Of a DNA stretch of 64,000 nt, positions 54,772 through 64,000 are shown one piece after another. The position numbers and the translations under genes were made by a program. Location: positions 540 to 64,539 of IMG/VR virus record IMGVR_UViG_3300022723_000094. One strand, written 5' to 3'. The notes under the pieces were generated by a model. It was not told the origin of the DNA. It worked only from the letters and a program-made list of their open reading frames with translations, and searched no databases. This DNA is from a virus. Position 1 is the stretch's first letter. Every line of letters begins with the position of its first letter.

Positions 54772-56402
54772 GACCAGTTCTGGGTGCGGTTGCCGTTCTG
54801 GAAGATGAGATACCGCTTGGTGCCCAGCACGAAGCGGTCCTCGCTCACGATGGCGTTGCCGCCCGTCGTGAACCAGAAGACCCCATCGATCTCGCCGAAC
54901 ATGTTGTGGAAGTCGGGGAAGAGGTTGCCGCCGGAGTTCTCAACCCGCATGACGATCGGCGCGACGAGCCAGTAGTAGTCGTCGCCCGTGCCCGGGGTGG
55001 GCTTCATGAGGATCGTCTCCGTGCCCGGCACCCCGTTGGGCGGGATGATCTGGTGAGCTCCGTTGGCGAAGTTGACATCGGAACTTGTGTTCACGGTCTG
55101 ATTGACTCCGGAGATGACGACAGGCGCGATGAACGGGAAGACCCCGAACTCGGTCTCGACGGAGCGGTTGCTGCCACTCGAACTGGTTTCCGCCGAGAAG
55201 GCATGCCACGTTCCGTCTGGGAGCTTCAGGTGAATCGGACCCCGCGGATCGCCCGTGGTGTTGTAGATGGTCTCGACAACACCTCCGGTCAGAAGCGAGG
55301 TCTCGAACCAGAGCCGATCACGATCGTTGGTCTGGCCGATAGTCACCAGCGGGTACGGGTACTCCGAATCCGTAGCCGTCTGGTTGAGGAGGCCCAAGTA
55401 CATCGAGCTGTACTGGGTGGTGGTGTTGCTCTCGACCTTGACGACGAGGATGATGCGTCGTCCATTGTGGTTGAGCCACCACTCCATGTCCGGGTCCGCA
55501 TCATCGTTCTTCAGGACGAGATACGAGCCGCGGTCGGCGGTCGGCAGGTCCCCGGTCGTACTGTTGATGACCCCAAAGGAGACGTTGTAGACGCCAACCT
55601 GCTGGTGAATGGGAAGTAGTGCGTTGTAGGCGGACGCACCGATGAGTGCCCAGTTGTAGGCGGTGTCGAAGTTGATGTCCAGGGAGTAGGGGCGGATGAT
55701 CACGTGGATCTCGTCCGTGCCCGCCAGTCCCTCACCCTCGAGCATGCAGACCTGGCCCTCGTTCTCCGCGAAGGTGCCGTCCTGGTAGGTGACGGTCAGG
55801 GTGCAGCCGCTGCCGCCCCCGCCGGTCGTGGTCGCCACCGGGTTGGCCGGGACCTCCTCGAAGTTGCCCGCGAAGCCCGTGTCCACGGAGACCGCCGTGA
55901 CCACACCGCCCGCCACCGTGTCCACGTTGAAGACGAGGTCCGTGTCGAAGAAGCCGCCAAGCGTACTGGCGACGGTGAGCTTGTCGTTGACCGCGTAGCC
56001 GGTCCCGCCCGCAGCGATAGTAGCGCTGGCCCCCTCCTGCGTGCGACGGTTGACGGCCCACGTGGGAGCGCTGAAGGTCAGGTCGAAGGTCGCCCCCGTG
56101 CCGGAGCCCGACGTGCCGCTCTGTGCGTTGGCGATGATCGTCGTCGGGTCGACGGTGTAGGCCCCACCGCGGTAGACCCGGATGCCGTCGATGACGCCCG
56201 CCGCTACCGAGGTGACCTCCAGTTGTGCGACGATCGTGGACGTGGAGCCGGTGGCGGTGATCTCGATGATGTCGCCGATGGCGTGTCCCGTGCCTCCTGC
56301 GTTGACAGCGACCGCGGTCAGGTTGCGGGACGTGACCACCTCGGTCAGCTTGTCCAGCATGTCGATGTGGTCAGTGATTCCTGTTCCGCTGTTGAAAACC
56401 AT
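54747..56402 (-). CDS. Virion structural protein with Gly-rich insertions
   Basis: Two AGGTG(H/Y)A.(G/N)D repeats; the C-terminus resembles the 339-aa neighbour. Confidence 0.7.
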   Translation of the reverse strand: MVFNSGTGITDHIDMLDKLTEVVTSRNLTAVAVNAGGTGHAIGDIIEITATGSTSTIVAQLEVTSVAAGVIDGIRVYRGGAYTVDPTTIIANAQSGTSGSGTGATFDLTFSAPTWAVNRRTQEGASATIAAGGTGYAVNDKLTVASTLGGFFDTDLVFNVDTVAGGVVTAVSVDTGFAGNFEEVPANPVATTTGGGGSGCTLTVTYQDGTFAENEGQVCMLEGEGLAGTDEIHVIIRPYSLDINFDTAYNWALIGASAYNALLPIHQQVGVYNVSFGVINSTTGDLPTADRGSYLVLKNDDADPDMEWWLNHNGRRIILVVKVESNTTTQYSSMYLGLLNQTATDSEYPYPLVTIGQTNDRDRLWFETSLLTGGVVETIYNTTGDPRGPIHLKLPDGTWHAFSAETSSSGSNRSVETEFGVFPFIAPVVISGVNQTVNTSSDVNFANGAHQIIPPNGVPGTETILMKPTPGTGDDYYWLVAPIVMRVENSGGNLFPDFHNMFGEIDGVFWFTTGGNAIVSEDRFVLGTKRYLIFQNGNRTQNWSYFALDES

Positions 56403-56404
56403 GA

Positions 56405-59131
56405 TCAGGCCAGTGCGTTTCGAACTGCGGTGGGGTTCTGGGAGATCGTGTTCATGATGAGCTGTTGTCCTTGGGCGGAGTCCATTGCTGCAATCGTGTC
56501 CGCCGGATCCGTGGTGTTCACCACCGTGACTTGCACCGGGGGAGGCGGAGCAGCAGCCTGCTGCATGTCGCCGTTCGCGATGGCGGCAGACTGCGCGGCG
56601 GACAAGATGTCGCTGCCACCCGGCGGGACGACGACCTCACGCCGACCGCCCTCGCCGACCACGAAGGATCGACCGGGGCGCGTGTCCCGGGCACCGTTCT
56701 CACCAGTGCCTCCCCCGAACAGACCCGCGATTCCCGCGGCCCCGCCACCGCCAGCTCCCCCACCCGTGAAGGCATTGATGAGGCCGAGCAGCGCCTGCCT
56801 GGCCAGGAGTCGGGCAAGGTCCGCGAGGATCCCATCCACCAGCGCGCCGAAGTCGGCCTCGCCGGTCGTAGCGAACTGGACGATGGCGTCCTCCGCAGCC
56901 CCGAACCCGTTGACGACAAGGGTCTCAGCGGCTCCAGAGACGTCCGTGATTCCCGCGAGGCCGCTCTTCAGTCCAGCGGTCAGGCCCTCGCTCAGGGACT
57001 GGCTCATGCTGCCCACGGCCACGGTAGCCTCTTCAGTGCTCTCGCCGAGCATGCCCTGCAACTCGACGGCCTTGGCCGTCTCCTCGTTGGCCTTGGCTTG
57101 GGCCTCAGCCTGACGCTCGAGAGCCTCTCGTTGGGCAGCCGCTGCGTCCGCAGCCGTGAAGGTCCGGAGGACGAAGTCCGTGATGCCGCTGAAGGCGAGA
57201 CCTTCCTCGAAACCCTTCGTCATGTTGGCGGCCATGTCCTCGCCCGCGCCCTCGAAGGGGTTGACGATCTCCTCGATCGTGCGGTCCAGGGAGTTGGCCT
57301 TGAGTTCTGCCGCGAAGGTGCGGGAGAAGTTCTTGCCCACCCCACCAATCTGGCCGATCAGTACGTCCTTTGCCTGCTCCGCAGTTTGCTTCGCGGCCGA
57401 GAGCTGCCCTTGGGCGAGCTGGGTCAGGGCCAGGTCGATCTCGCGGAAGAAATTGAGGAGGCTGAGGCCAAGGTTGCTGGCGGTGGTGCTGACCGCGTTG
57501 AACAGTGCCGAGGAGACGTCGATGGTCTTCTCGATGAAGTTGTTGATCTGCTGCAGCACGATGAAGATGCCGCTGCCGACCGCTTTCGGGATGCCAGTGA
57601 AGAGGGCCACCAGGGAGTTGCCAAGCGCCAGGAACACCCCGATCGCGCTGTCCGCGAAGGTGGAGATGGCGAGGAGGACGTTCTGGAGGTTGAGCTCGAA
57701 GCCATCGAAGGCCCCGCCAAACACATCGCTGATGCTCTGACCAACCTCCTTGATGAGGGGTACGAAGCTGTCGAGGATGGACTTGATGTTGTCGAAGGCC
57801 GCTCGCGCCACATCCGCCAGCGTGGTCGTACTGTCCCCGGTCAAGGTGAGCTCGTCCCGGAAGGCGATGAGCGCGCCGATCGCCAGGGTCAGGGCCGTAG
57901 CGATAGCACCGATCGGGTTGGTCGCGATGGCGACGCCCAGGGCCTTGATGCCGCTGATGGCCGCCGGGATAGCTCGCCTCGCAAGGCTCACCGAGAGCAC
58001 GAATACGACTCCCTGCATGGCCTTGACGAAGAGGTCAGCGTTGTCCGCCACCGCTCGAAGGCCGCGCGTGAGCGCGTCCACGAAGGACCGCAGTGCCCCT
58101 TGGGCACCTTGCTGGCCGACCCGCAGGATGACTCCTTCGAAGGCCGACTTCAGGGCCAACAGGCTGCCCTGCAGGTTGTCGTCCATCGCATCAGCGACTC
58201 GCTCCGCCGTACCGCCAGCGTTTCGCAGCTCATCGGCGAACGTCCGGATGTCCCCGCCTGCGGTGCGAAGCACCTCGAACGCGGGACCGCCTCGCTGACC
58301 GAAGATCTGGAGCGCCGTGCCCGTGTCGATGCCCGCCTTGCCGATGTTCTCGAGCGCCGTGGTGAGGCCCACAGAGCTGACCTTGACGTCGTCCAGAGTG
58401 ACGCCCGTTCCCCGGAGAGCGCCCTCGAGAGCGGGACCGCCCTGCTCGAGGGTCGCCAGGACCCGGCGTAGACCTGTACCCGCGGTGCTGGCTTGGAGAC
58501 CGGCATCCGACAGGGCCGAGATCGCAGCAGTCGTGTCCTCAACCGAGACGCCCACACCCGCGGCGACGGGGGCCACGAACTTCAGGGCTTGACCGAGCTG
58601 GGAGACGGTCGTGTTTGAGCTGTTGGCAGCGGCAGCCAGGACGTCGACGACCCTGCCAGTCTCTTCGACCTCCAGGCGCATCCCCTTCAGGACGTTCGAG
58701 GCGATGTCCGCAGCTTCTCCGAGCCCGAGCGCGCCCGCCTGCGCGAGCTGCAACGTACCCTCGATCGAGCCGAGGACCTCGTCGGTCTCGAAACCCGCGC
58801 GCGCGAGGAAGGTCATGCCCTCCGCGGCCTGAGTGGCGGAGAATCGGGTGTTCGTCCCGAGGCTGATCGCCGTCTCCTCCAGTTGCGCAAACTGCTCCGC
58901 GGTGGCCTGGGAGATAGCACCTACGGTGGACATCTCCTGGGAGAACCCCGCGAGCGTACGGGTGACGCTGGCGATGGCTGCCCCGGAGGCTACGACGGCG
59001 AAGGCTCGACGGAGGGTGGATCCCAGGGTCTTGGCTGACGTCGTCGTCCGATCCAGCTCGCCACGAACCCGTCGGGCACCTGCGGTGGCCTTGCCGGGGT
59101 CGATGATGACTTGGATCCTGAAGTCAACCAC
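56405..59131 (-). CDS. Tape measure protein (TP901-like)
   Basis: MSTVGAISQAT, LGTNTRFSATQAAEGM.FLARAG, MDDNLQG; Ala-rich helical; 908 aa. Confidence 0.93.
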   Translation of the reverse strand: MVDFRIQVIIDPGKATAGARRVRGELDRTTTSAKTLGSTLRRAFAVVASGAAIASVTRTLAGFSQEMSTVGAISQATAEQFAQLEETAISLGTNTRFSATQAAEGMTFLARAGFETDEVLGSIEGTLQLAQAGALGLGEAADIASNVLKGMRLEVEETGRVVDVLAAAANSSNTTVSQLGQALKFVAPVAAGVGVSVEDTTAAISALSDAGLQASTAGTGLRRVLATLEQGGPALEGALRGTGVTLDDVKVSSVGLTTALENIGKAGIDTGTALQIFGQRGGPAFEVLRTAGGDIRTFADELRNAGGTAERVADAMDDNLQGSLLALKSAFEGVILRVGQQGAQGALRSFVDALTRGLRAVADNADLFVKAMQGVVFVLSVSLARRAIPAAISGIKALGVAIATNPIGAIATALTLAIGALIAFRDELTLTGDSTTTLADVARAAFDNIKSILDSFVPLIKEVGQSISDVFGGAFDGFELNLQNVLLAISTFADSAIGVFLALGNSLVALFTGIPKAVGSGIFIVLQQINNFIEKTIDVSSALFNAVSTTASNLGLSLLNFFREIDLALTQLAQGQLSAAKQTAEQAKDVLIGQIGGVGKNFSRTFAAELKANSLDRTIEEIVNPFEGAGEDMAANMTKGFEEGLAFSGITDFVLRTFTAADAAAAQREALERQAEAQAKANEETAKAVELQGMLGESTEEATVAVGSMSQSLSEGLTAGLKSGLAGITDVSGAAETLVVNGFGAAEDAIVQFATTGEADFGALVDGILADLARLLARQALLGLINAFTGGGAGGGGAAGIAGLFGGGTGENGARDTRPGRSFVVGEGGRREVVVPPGGSDILSAAQSAAIANGDMQQAAAPPPPVQVTVVNTTDPADTIAAMDSAQGQQLIMNTISQNPTAVRNALA

Positions 59132-59134
59132 GTG

Positions 59135-59518
59135 TCACTTCTTCCTTGCTCGCTTGGCGGGGGATGGCTTGTTGGCGATCTTGGATCGCTCTTGCTCCTG
59201 CTTCTGCCAGTCCGAGTAGGAACGCTCGAGGAACCAGATGATCCGGACCAACACCTCAGTCATAGAAGGATCCAGGAAATTACACTCGGCGTATTTCCGG
59301 ATCTCTGAGTATGGAATCACGTGCCCACCCCGGCGCTCGGTGACGAGACGCCAGAAAGCGACGAGATAGAAGTCCTCGAACTCCTCGAGGTCAGGCTCGC
59401 GGTCCAGGAGGTCCTGGATGACAGGAGGTTGCGGTCTGCCCAGGCGGTCGTGCTGCTCGACCACGAATCGCTTCTGGTCGAACTCCAACTCCCAGATCAG
59501 CCGCTCCTTCAGTTTCCC
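59135..59518 (-). CDS. Tail assembly chaperone extension (gpT-like, -1 frame)
   Basis: The -1 frame reads GKLKERLIWELEFDQKRF... from the slippery site to the stop at 59135. Confidence 0.75.
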   Translation of the reverse strand, partial: GKLKERLIWELEFDQKRFVVEQHDRLGRPQPPVIQDLLDREPDLEEFEDFYLVAFWRLVTERRGGHVIPYSEIRKYAECNFLDPSMTEVLVRIIWFLERSYSDWQKQEQERSKIANKPSPAKRARKK

Positions 59519-59964
59519 TGGAGTTCCTCCAGCTCTTCCTCGTCCATCTGGTCGGGCTCGTCCCGGAAGTTGTCGATGTCGAGGCAGAAGTTCCTCAGCT
59601 CGTTGAACATGTCCGCCGGGATGGCGTTGAGGAACGCAACAAGGTTCTCCCGGGAGAACTCGACCTCATCGCCGTTGCTGTCCAGGACACCGGACCAGCC
59701 GGTGACGATGGTGTCGGCGAAGATCTCGATGTCCTGCTGGCGTGCCCGCTCGATACTCTCGGGCGTGGGCGTCTGCCCCTTGCGGCCTCGATTCTGCCGC
59801 TGAGCCTTCTTGCTGACGCGAAGAGCCGCGTTGAAGAATTCCGGGTTCGTGTCGCCAGCAGGGCGGACGGTGAGCGTGGGCTCACCAGCGATCCGGAAGA
59901 AGGTGTAGTCGACGGTGGCGTCGGGAGCGACGCGCAGGGCCGCCAGGTGCTTGAAGTCAGCCAT
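59509..59964 (-). CDS. Tail assembly chaperone (gpG-like)
   Basis: Between tail tube and tape measure genes; IVTGWSGV.D..G..VEFSREN. Confidence 0.82.
   Translation of the reverse strand: MADFKHLAALRVAPDATVDYTFFRIAGEPTLTVRPAGDTNPEFFNAALRVSKKAQRQNRGRKGQTPTPESIERARQQDIEIFADTIVTGWSGVLDSNGDEVEFSRENLVAFLNAIPADMFNELRNFCLDIDNFRDEPDQMDEEELEELQGN
59512..59518 (-). other. Programmed -1 ribosomal frameshift site G GGA AAC
   Basis: XXXYYYZ heptamer immediately before the chaperone stop; the -1 frame is open. Confidence 0.8.
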
Positions 59965-59995
59965 TGGATTTCCTTGGGGGTAGGGGTAGTGAGAA

Positions 59996-60026
59996 AGGAG
60001 GGGATGTCTTCTTGACACCCCCTCCT
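59996..60026 (-). terminator. Terminator-like hairpin after the tail tube gene
   Basis: aggaggggatgtc/gacaccccctcct (one mismatch). Confidence 0.65.
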
Positions 60027-60039
60027 AGTTCGGATCGGA

Positions 60040-61554
60040 TCAGGCGACCGTCGGGAAGTACGGATACTCCGTGACACCGAGGCTCGTGTTGAGCGTGGCA
60101 TCCTCGAAGGCCGATCCCGTGACCGCGATCCGGATGGTCTCGTTGACCGGGAAGGAGCGCGCCCCGCCCGCCAGCGTGAGGCTGGGGATGTCGAGGTGGA
60201 GGGCTCCATCGTCGTTCCTCAGGAGGACGTCGAAGGTCACCGTGGCGTTGTCCTTGATGGACTGGGCCAGCTGGCTGTCGGTGAAGAGCAGCTCGGCCTC
60301 CAGGCCCACGGAGAAGTTGCCCGTGTTCATGAAGAGCGCGCCCAGGGTGCCAAGGCACTTCTCAGGGCTCACCTCGTTGCCGAGGGTCAGCGTGAGCGAC
60401 TTGAAGCAAGTGCCGAGGTCGTTCTCGCTCGTGTCCCAGAGGTTGAGGCGGGCGAAGTCCGAGGAGGTGTTGAAGGGAGCCGTCTGCACCGGGGAGACGG
60501 TCTCCGCCGTGTTACCCTTGCGGGTCGTCGTGATGTCATCGCTGTTGAGGCCGATGAACGAGAAGCTCATGGTGGCCTTGTCCTGACCGTTGAGGTTCAG
60601 GGTCAGCTCGTTGCAGAGGTTGCCGATCGCGTACTCGTACTCGTCGCCCGTGCCCGCCGGGTTCTGCAGGTCGTCGTAGACCAGCTCGAACTGGAAGGAG
60701 CGCTCGATGAAGTCGGAGTCAGTGACCGCGACGTTCCGGATGTAGGGGCCGTAGAGCAGGTCGACCGTGGCCGCCGTCTCGTTGCCGCCGCCGTTCAGGG
60801 TGCCGGACCCGAGGTTCTCGATCTTGTCCAGGGTGATGGTCGCAGCGACGATCGCCGTGATTCGGCCCACCAGTTGGCCGTTGCCGAAGGCGTTGACGTC
60901 CGAACCGACTCGCAGCGACTGACCGACCGTGAGACCGAGCGTAGTCAGGTCCGTGAGGGCAGAGCCAACGGTCTTGGCCGTGTCGTCCCAGGTCAAGTCC
61001 GTGGGGCGGAAGCCGGCAACATCGAGCCGCGCACCCGAAGCGTTGTTGGGCGTTTCGGCGAGCTGCGCGCCACCAACCGTCGGGGTGTTGGTCGTGGTCG
61101 AGCCGGAGTCGACTTCGTCCAGGCCGTTGTTCACCGCCAGGGAGAAGCCGCGGGCGTAGATCAGCGTGCGCTGCGGAAGAGCCGCCGTGAGGGCGTCGTG
61201 GTCGTAGTCGCCAGCACCAGCCGCCAGGTTCTCGTAGTCCGATCCCGCTTGGATGCGCTCCATGACCGTCGGGTTGGCTCGCGACGCGAACACGAACCCT
61301 TCGATGAAGGACAGAGCGTGATGCTTGGTGAGGTCCCCTTCCCACTCGACGCTCGAATCGAGGTCGGTGACCGCGCCCTTCTGGTTCTGGCGGGTGTTGG
61401 TGATGGGCGCGCGGGGAACAGTCGTGATCTCGGCACCGTAGGCCCCGAGCGTGTTGGGCTCCAGCCGGACCCAGAGGGGGGTCGCGGGCAAGGTGCCCAG
61501 GGAGGCCTCGATCGCCACGGCGAAGGCCAGGTTGTTGGTCTTGGAGAATGCCAT
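60040..61554 (-). CDS. Major tail (tube) protein
   Basis: 504 aa between terminator protein and chaperone; R.PITNTRQ.QKG..TDLD, ERSF.FEL. Confidence 0.82.
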   Translation of the reverse strand: MAFSKTNNLAFAVAIEASLGTLPATPLWVRLEPNTLGAYGAEITTVPRAPITNTRQNQKGAVTDLDSSVEWEGDLTKHHALSFIEGFVFASRANPTVMERIQAGSDYENLAAGAGDYDHDALTAALPQRTLIYARGFSLAVNNGLDEVDSGSTTTNTPTVGGAQLAETPNNASGARLDVAGFRPTDLTWDDTAKTVGSALTDLTTLGLTVGQSLRVGSDVNAFGNGQLVGRITAIVAATITLDKIENLGSGTLNGGGNETAATVDLLYGPYIRNVAVTDSDFIERSFQFELVYDDLQNPAGTGDEYEYAIGNLCNELTLNLNGQDKATMSFSFIGLNSDDITTTRKGNTAETVSPVQTAPFNTSSDFARLNLWDTSENDLGTCFKSLTLTLGNEVSPEKCLGTLGALFMNTGNFSVGLEAELLFTDSQLAQSIKDNATVTFDVLLRNDDGALHLDIPSLTLAGGARSFPVNETIRIAVTGSAFEDATLNTSLGVTEYPYFPTVA

Positions 61555-61567
61555 TGGTCAGGCTCCT

Positions 61568-61981
61568 TTACTTGGTCTCTCGGTAGTCGAACGGGGCGTC
61601 CACAACGAATTGGAACCATTCGCCATCGGAGCCGGTCTCGCGGATGTCAGCGCTGATGAAGCAGAGACCACCAGTAAGGGTCACTCCTTCGAAGATGTCT
61701 CGGGTTGCTTGGGCAAGCGCATCCAGGGCGGACACGCCATTGTCTACAGAGTCGTATAGTTGGATCAGGACCCGACCGCGGCGAAGAAACTTCCGTTCCC
61801 CGACGGGACCGAGCGTATCTTGCTCACCAGCCTCATGGTTCACCGTCAGGCGAGCCCACGGGGTGTCCGTCGGGGGCTCGAAGCCCTCGTTCGAGAACGT
61901 CACCTCAGTGTCCGGATCCAGGGAGGTCCCGTCCACGAAGGCTTGGTAGATCGTTTCCCGTGCTGCGGCGATGGTGGTCAT
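61568..61981 (-). CDS. Tail terminator protein
   Basis: PWARLTVNH..GEQ.TLG...R.GRV.IQLY; position. Confidence 0.75.
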   Translation of the reverse strand: MTTIAAARETIYQAFVDGTSLDPDTEVTFSNEGFEPPTDTPWARLTVNHEAGEQDTLGPVGERKFLRRGRVLIQLYDSVDNGVSALDALAQATRDIFEGVTLTGGLCFISADIRETGSDGEWFQFVVDAPFDYRETK

Positions 61982-62433
61982 GCGACTCGGACGTTCGTGA
62001 CTGCCTCTTGGATCGCTCGTTGTACGAACCCTTCGGCGGCCTGATCGGAAGACCCGTCATTCAGGCGAGTGATGTACGGGACGTTGTTGGAGATGAAGAC
62101 GGGTCCAGCGGTCAGCCGATACGCCAGGACGCGGCCCAGACCGGCTTCCTTCTCGCCTTCGGCCGCTTCGACGCTCTCGGGAGTGCCGGCGGGCTCAGTG
62201 ATGGGCTGCGTGACGCTGGCGAGCCAGTTCGCGCGAGCCCACCCGGTGTCAACAGGGGTGCCGCCCTCCGAGGGAGCGCGGGAAAGGTTGGCGACGACGT
62301 CCAGCGTGATCTTCTTGATGAAGCTCTCGCTGAATCGATCGAGGGCGGACATGACGACGCGGACCTGCGTGGGCAGGGGAGTGCCCTTCTTGTTCTGGGG
62401 CAAGAACCGGCCGAATGCGTCCCTCTCAGCCAT
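61978..62433 (-). CDS. Neck / tail-completion protein (HK97 gp10-like)
   Basis: TPVDTGWARANW, ISNNVPYI.RLNDGSS.QA. Confidence 0.82.
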   Translation of the reverse strand: MAERDAFGRFLPQNKKGTPLPTQVRVVMSALDRFSESFIKKITLDVVANLSRAPSEGGTPVDTGWARANWLASVTQPITEPAGTPESVEAAEGEKEAGLGRVLAYRLTAGPVFISNNVPYITRLNDGSSDQAAEGFVQRAIQEAVTNVRVA

Positions 62434-62824
62434 CGAGCAGGGCCTTCGCGTTCTTCTTGCCGCGGACTCGCTGCTCGCTGCCGTCCAGAAGGACCACATC
62501 GTACCAGCCGCCGCCCGTGTGCTTCATGCTGCCAGGCTGCAGGGCGTCCTCAGTGGACTCCGGATCCTTGTCCGGGGCCGCCGGGGACTCCGACTTCTTG
62601 GGCTTCTCAGCGGAGCGCTCAGGAGCTTCAGGGAGGAGCTCGATCATCCCAGCCTCCCACCACATCTTGAGGCGGTGGCGGCCGAGGACCTGCTTCATCT
62701 CTTCGGTGACCGGGTCACCCGGCTCGCAACGCTCTTGGCCGCAGAGGCCGAGCTTGCGACTCTTGCGGAACACCATCTTGGCGCCAGCGTCGAAGCGTTG
62801 TTTCCAGTGTCGTACTTGAGCCAT
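62426..62824 (-). CDS. Hypothetical head-region protein, 132 aa
   Basis: Follows the capsid gene; GGGWY motif. Confidence 0.6.
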   Translation of the reverse strand: MAQVRHWKQRFDAGAKMVFRKSRKLGLCGQERCEPGDPVTEEMKQVLGRHRLKMWWEAGMIELLPEAPERSAEKPKKSESPAAPDKDPESTEDALQPGSMKHTGGGWYDVVLLDGSEQRVRGKKNAKALLDG

Positions 62825-62866
62825 TGTTCGGTTTCCTGTGTCTTGGGGGTTCGGAGAGGTTGCGCC

Positions 62867-62895
62867 GGGGGACCCACCCCGATCGGTGGGCCCCC
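62867..62895 (-). terminator. Hairpin after the capsid gene
   Basis: ggggg-a-cccacc/ggtggg-ccccc. Confidence 0.55.
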
Positions 62896-62907
62896 AGACG
62901 ATTCAGG

Positions 62908-63870
62908 TCAGCTGACCACGGCGATGAACATGTACCCGAGCTCGTTCGAGACGAGCTTCTGGTCGAAGGCCATCTCGATCTCGAGACGGTCCGACTTCAG
63001 GTGCTCCATGCGCATGCGCGAGATGCGCGTGCTGAGGGCACCCCCGCCGAGCAGACCGTTCCAGGAGAACGTGTAGCCAGCGGACGGGATCATGAGGCCA
63101 GGGCTCGGAGGCGTGTAGAGAAGAAGGCAGTTCTTCCCACCGATGAAGGCGTGCACGTTCGTGGCGCCCTCGTTGGCGGTGTTCTCCACCGCGTCCATGA
63201 CCAGGATCTCCTCGAGTTCGAAGAGAGCCGCGAGAGCGTCACGCATGACGATGGCAGGCCCGGAGGTCTGGCCACGGTCAAGGCGACCCACGATGTCGGG
63301 GTGGTCCAGGAGCGCGTCGTAGACGGCGCGACCCATGACCGCCCGGTTCGGACGGAAGCCAGTGGACTCGTGCACCGTGCGGATGCCCGTGCGGACGTCC
63401 TCGAGCGGAGTGCTCGCGGCAGCGTCCCAGAGCGTACCCGGGGTGAAGTCCGTGGCCCAGACGCCCGAGACGAAGAACTGGCTCGCCCACTCCTTCTCCT
63501 TGCGGAGAAGACCTTGGAGCGTGAGCAGCTCGGTCGCCTCACGGTCGAGCGAGATGGGGCTGTCGGCGTTGGCGCGGATCTGGTCCGCGACGTCCCGGTG
63601 CAGCGCCCACACGTCGGCCGAGTAGGAGTCCTGCCCGATCGAGTAGGTCGCGCCCGCGGACTCGGTCCCCGGGGCACGCTTCTTCATCTCGGCGCGGTTG
63701 AAGTACCCGCGGTCGTAGGTGAAGTACTTGTCCGACTGCTTGCTCACGCCCAGACGGGGGAACGCGCGGTCGGCGACGAAGGCTTCGGAGCGCTGGATGA
63801 ACGCGACCGAGACCGAGGAAAGCGGTGCATCGACGTGGACGTCGGACCGCGACGGTTGGTTGAAAGGCAT
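62908..63870 (-). CDS. Major capsid protein (lambda gpE-like, HK97 fold)
   Basis: HVD.PLS.VSV, F.AD..FP..V.KQSD.Y, RAPG, WD..STP..D; 320 aa. Confidence 0.88.
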   Translation of the reverse strand: MPFNQPSRSDVHVDAPLSSVSVAFIQRSEAFVADRAFPRLGVSKQSDKYFTYDRGYFNRAEMKKRAPGTESAGATYSIGQDSYSADVWALHRDVADQIRANADSPISLDREATELLTLQGLLRKEKEWASQFFVSGVWATDFTPGTLWDAAASTPLEDVRTGIRTVHESTGFRPNRAVMGRAVYDALLDHPDIVGRLDRGQTSGPAIVMRDALAALFELEEILVMDAVENTANEGATNVHAFIGGKNCLLLYTPPSPGLMIPSAGYTFSWNGLLGGGALSTRISRMRMEHLKSDRLEIEMAFDQKLVSNELGYMFIAVVS

Positions 63871-63901
63871 CTTTCAGTTCCTTTGAAGTAGCGGTACTGG
63901 T

Positions 63902-64000
63902 TCAGGCCACTTCGTCGAGTTCGACGGAGAGCTGGACCTCGATGACGTCGCCAGCCGCACCCGCGGCGGTCATGGCGGTGCCGACACGATAGTCGCCAAC
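63902..64000 (-). CDS. Head decoration / capsid cement protein, 3' end only
   Basis: Translated by hand: VGDYRVGTAMTAAGAAGDVIEVQLSVELDEVA*, a DUF2190-like ending; immediately upstream of the capsid gene. Confidence 0.6.
   Translation of the reverse strand, partial: VGDYRVGTAMTAAGAAGDVIEVQLSVELDEVA

Noticed and set aside
54747-56402. Gly-rich AGGTG repeats as a novel repeat system
   Set aside because: Only two copies, and a common motif in phage baseplate/tail proteins
48868-58471. Long plus-strand ORFs (647, 427, 469, 668 aa and similar throughout the window)
   Set aside because: Antisense shadows of real minus-strand genes caused by high GC3; no recognisable motifs

Overview
The whole window is part of one high-GC tailed dsDNA phage genome (siphovirus-type, long non-contractile tail), and almost every gene is on the minus strand. 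Read from 64 kb down to 1, it contains: capsid, neck and tail genes (64-47.3 kb); a ~41 kb replication, nucleotide-metabolism and accessory block (47-6.4 kb); then terminase, portal and a fibre-like gene (6-0 kb). The gene set resembles YuA/M6-type thymidine-hypermodifying phages: dCMP deaminase, a dUMP-hydroxymethylase-like thymidylate synthase homologue, dNMP kinase, MazG-like pyrophosphatase, HD nucleotidase, PolA, class II RNR and a 5-hmdU DNA kinase. The standout is a translationally coupled four-gene cassette at 35.5-38.5 kb: myo-inositol-1-phosphate synthase, an amino-acid:DNA-transferase-like protein, a CX5R phosphatase and a P-loop kinase. It suggests an inositol(-phosphate) hypermodification of DNA that I do not know to be described. 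This is inference from gene context and has not been tested. Other notable points: a carbamoyltransferase coupled to the polymerase; a sigma factor / ClpP / diguanylate cyclase cluster; two ~200 bp collinear palindromic non-coding repeats bracketing the non-structural block; a recurrent GGGTATnnTG promoter motif; four paralogous GIY-YIG homing endonucleases; and a canonical -1 frameshift in the tail chaperone. I saw no integrase, CRISPR array, tRNA or recognisable endolysin. All family assignments come from motif recognition by eye, with no database searches.
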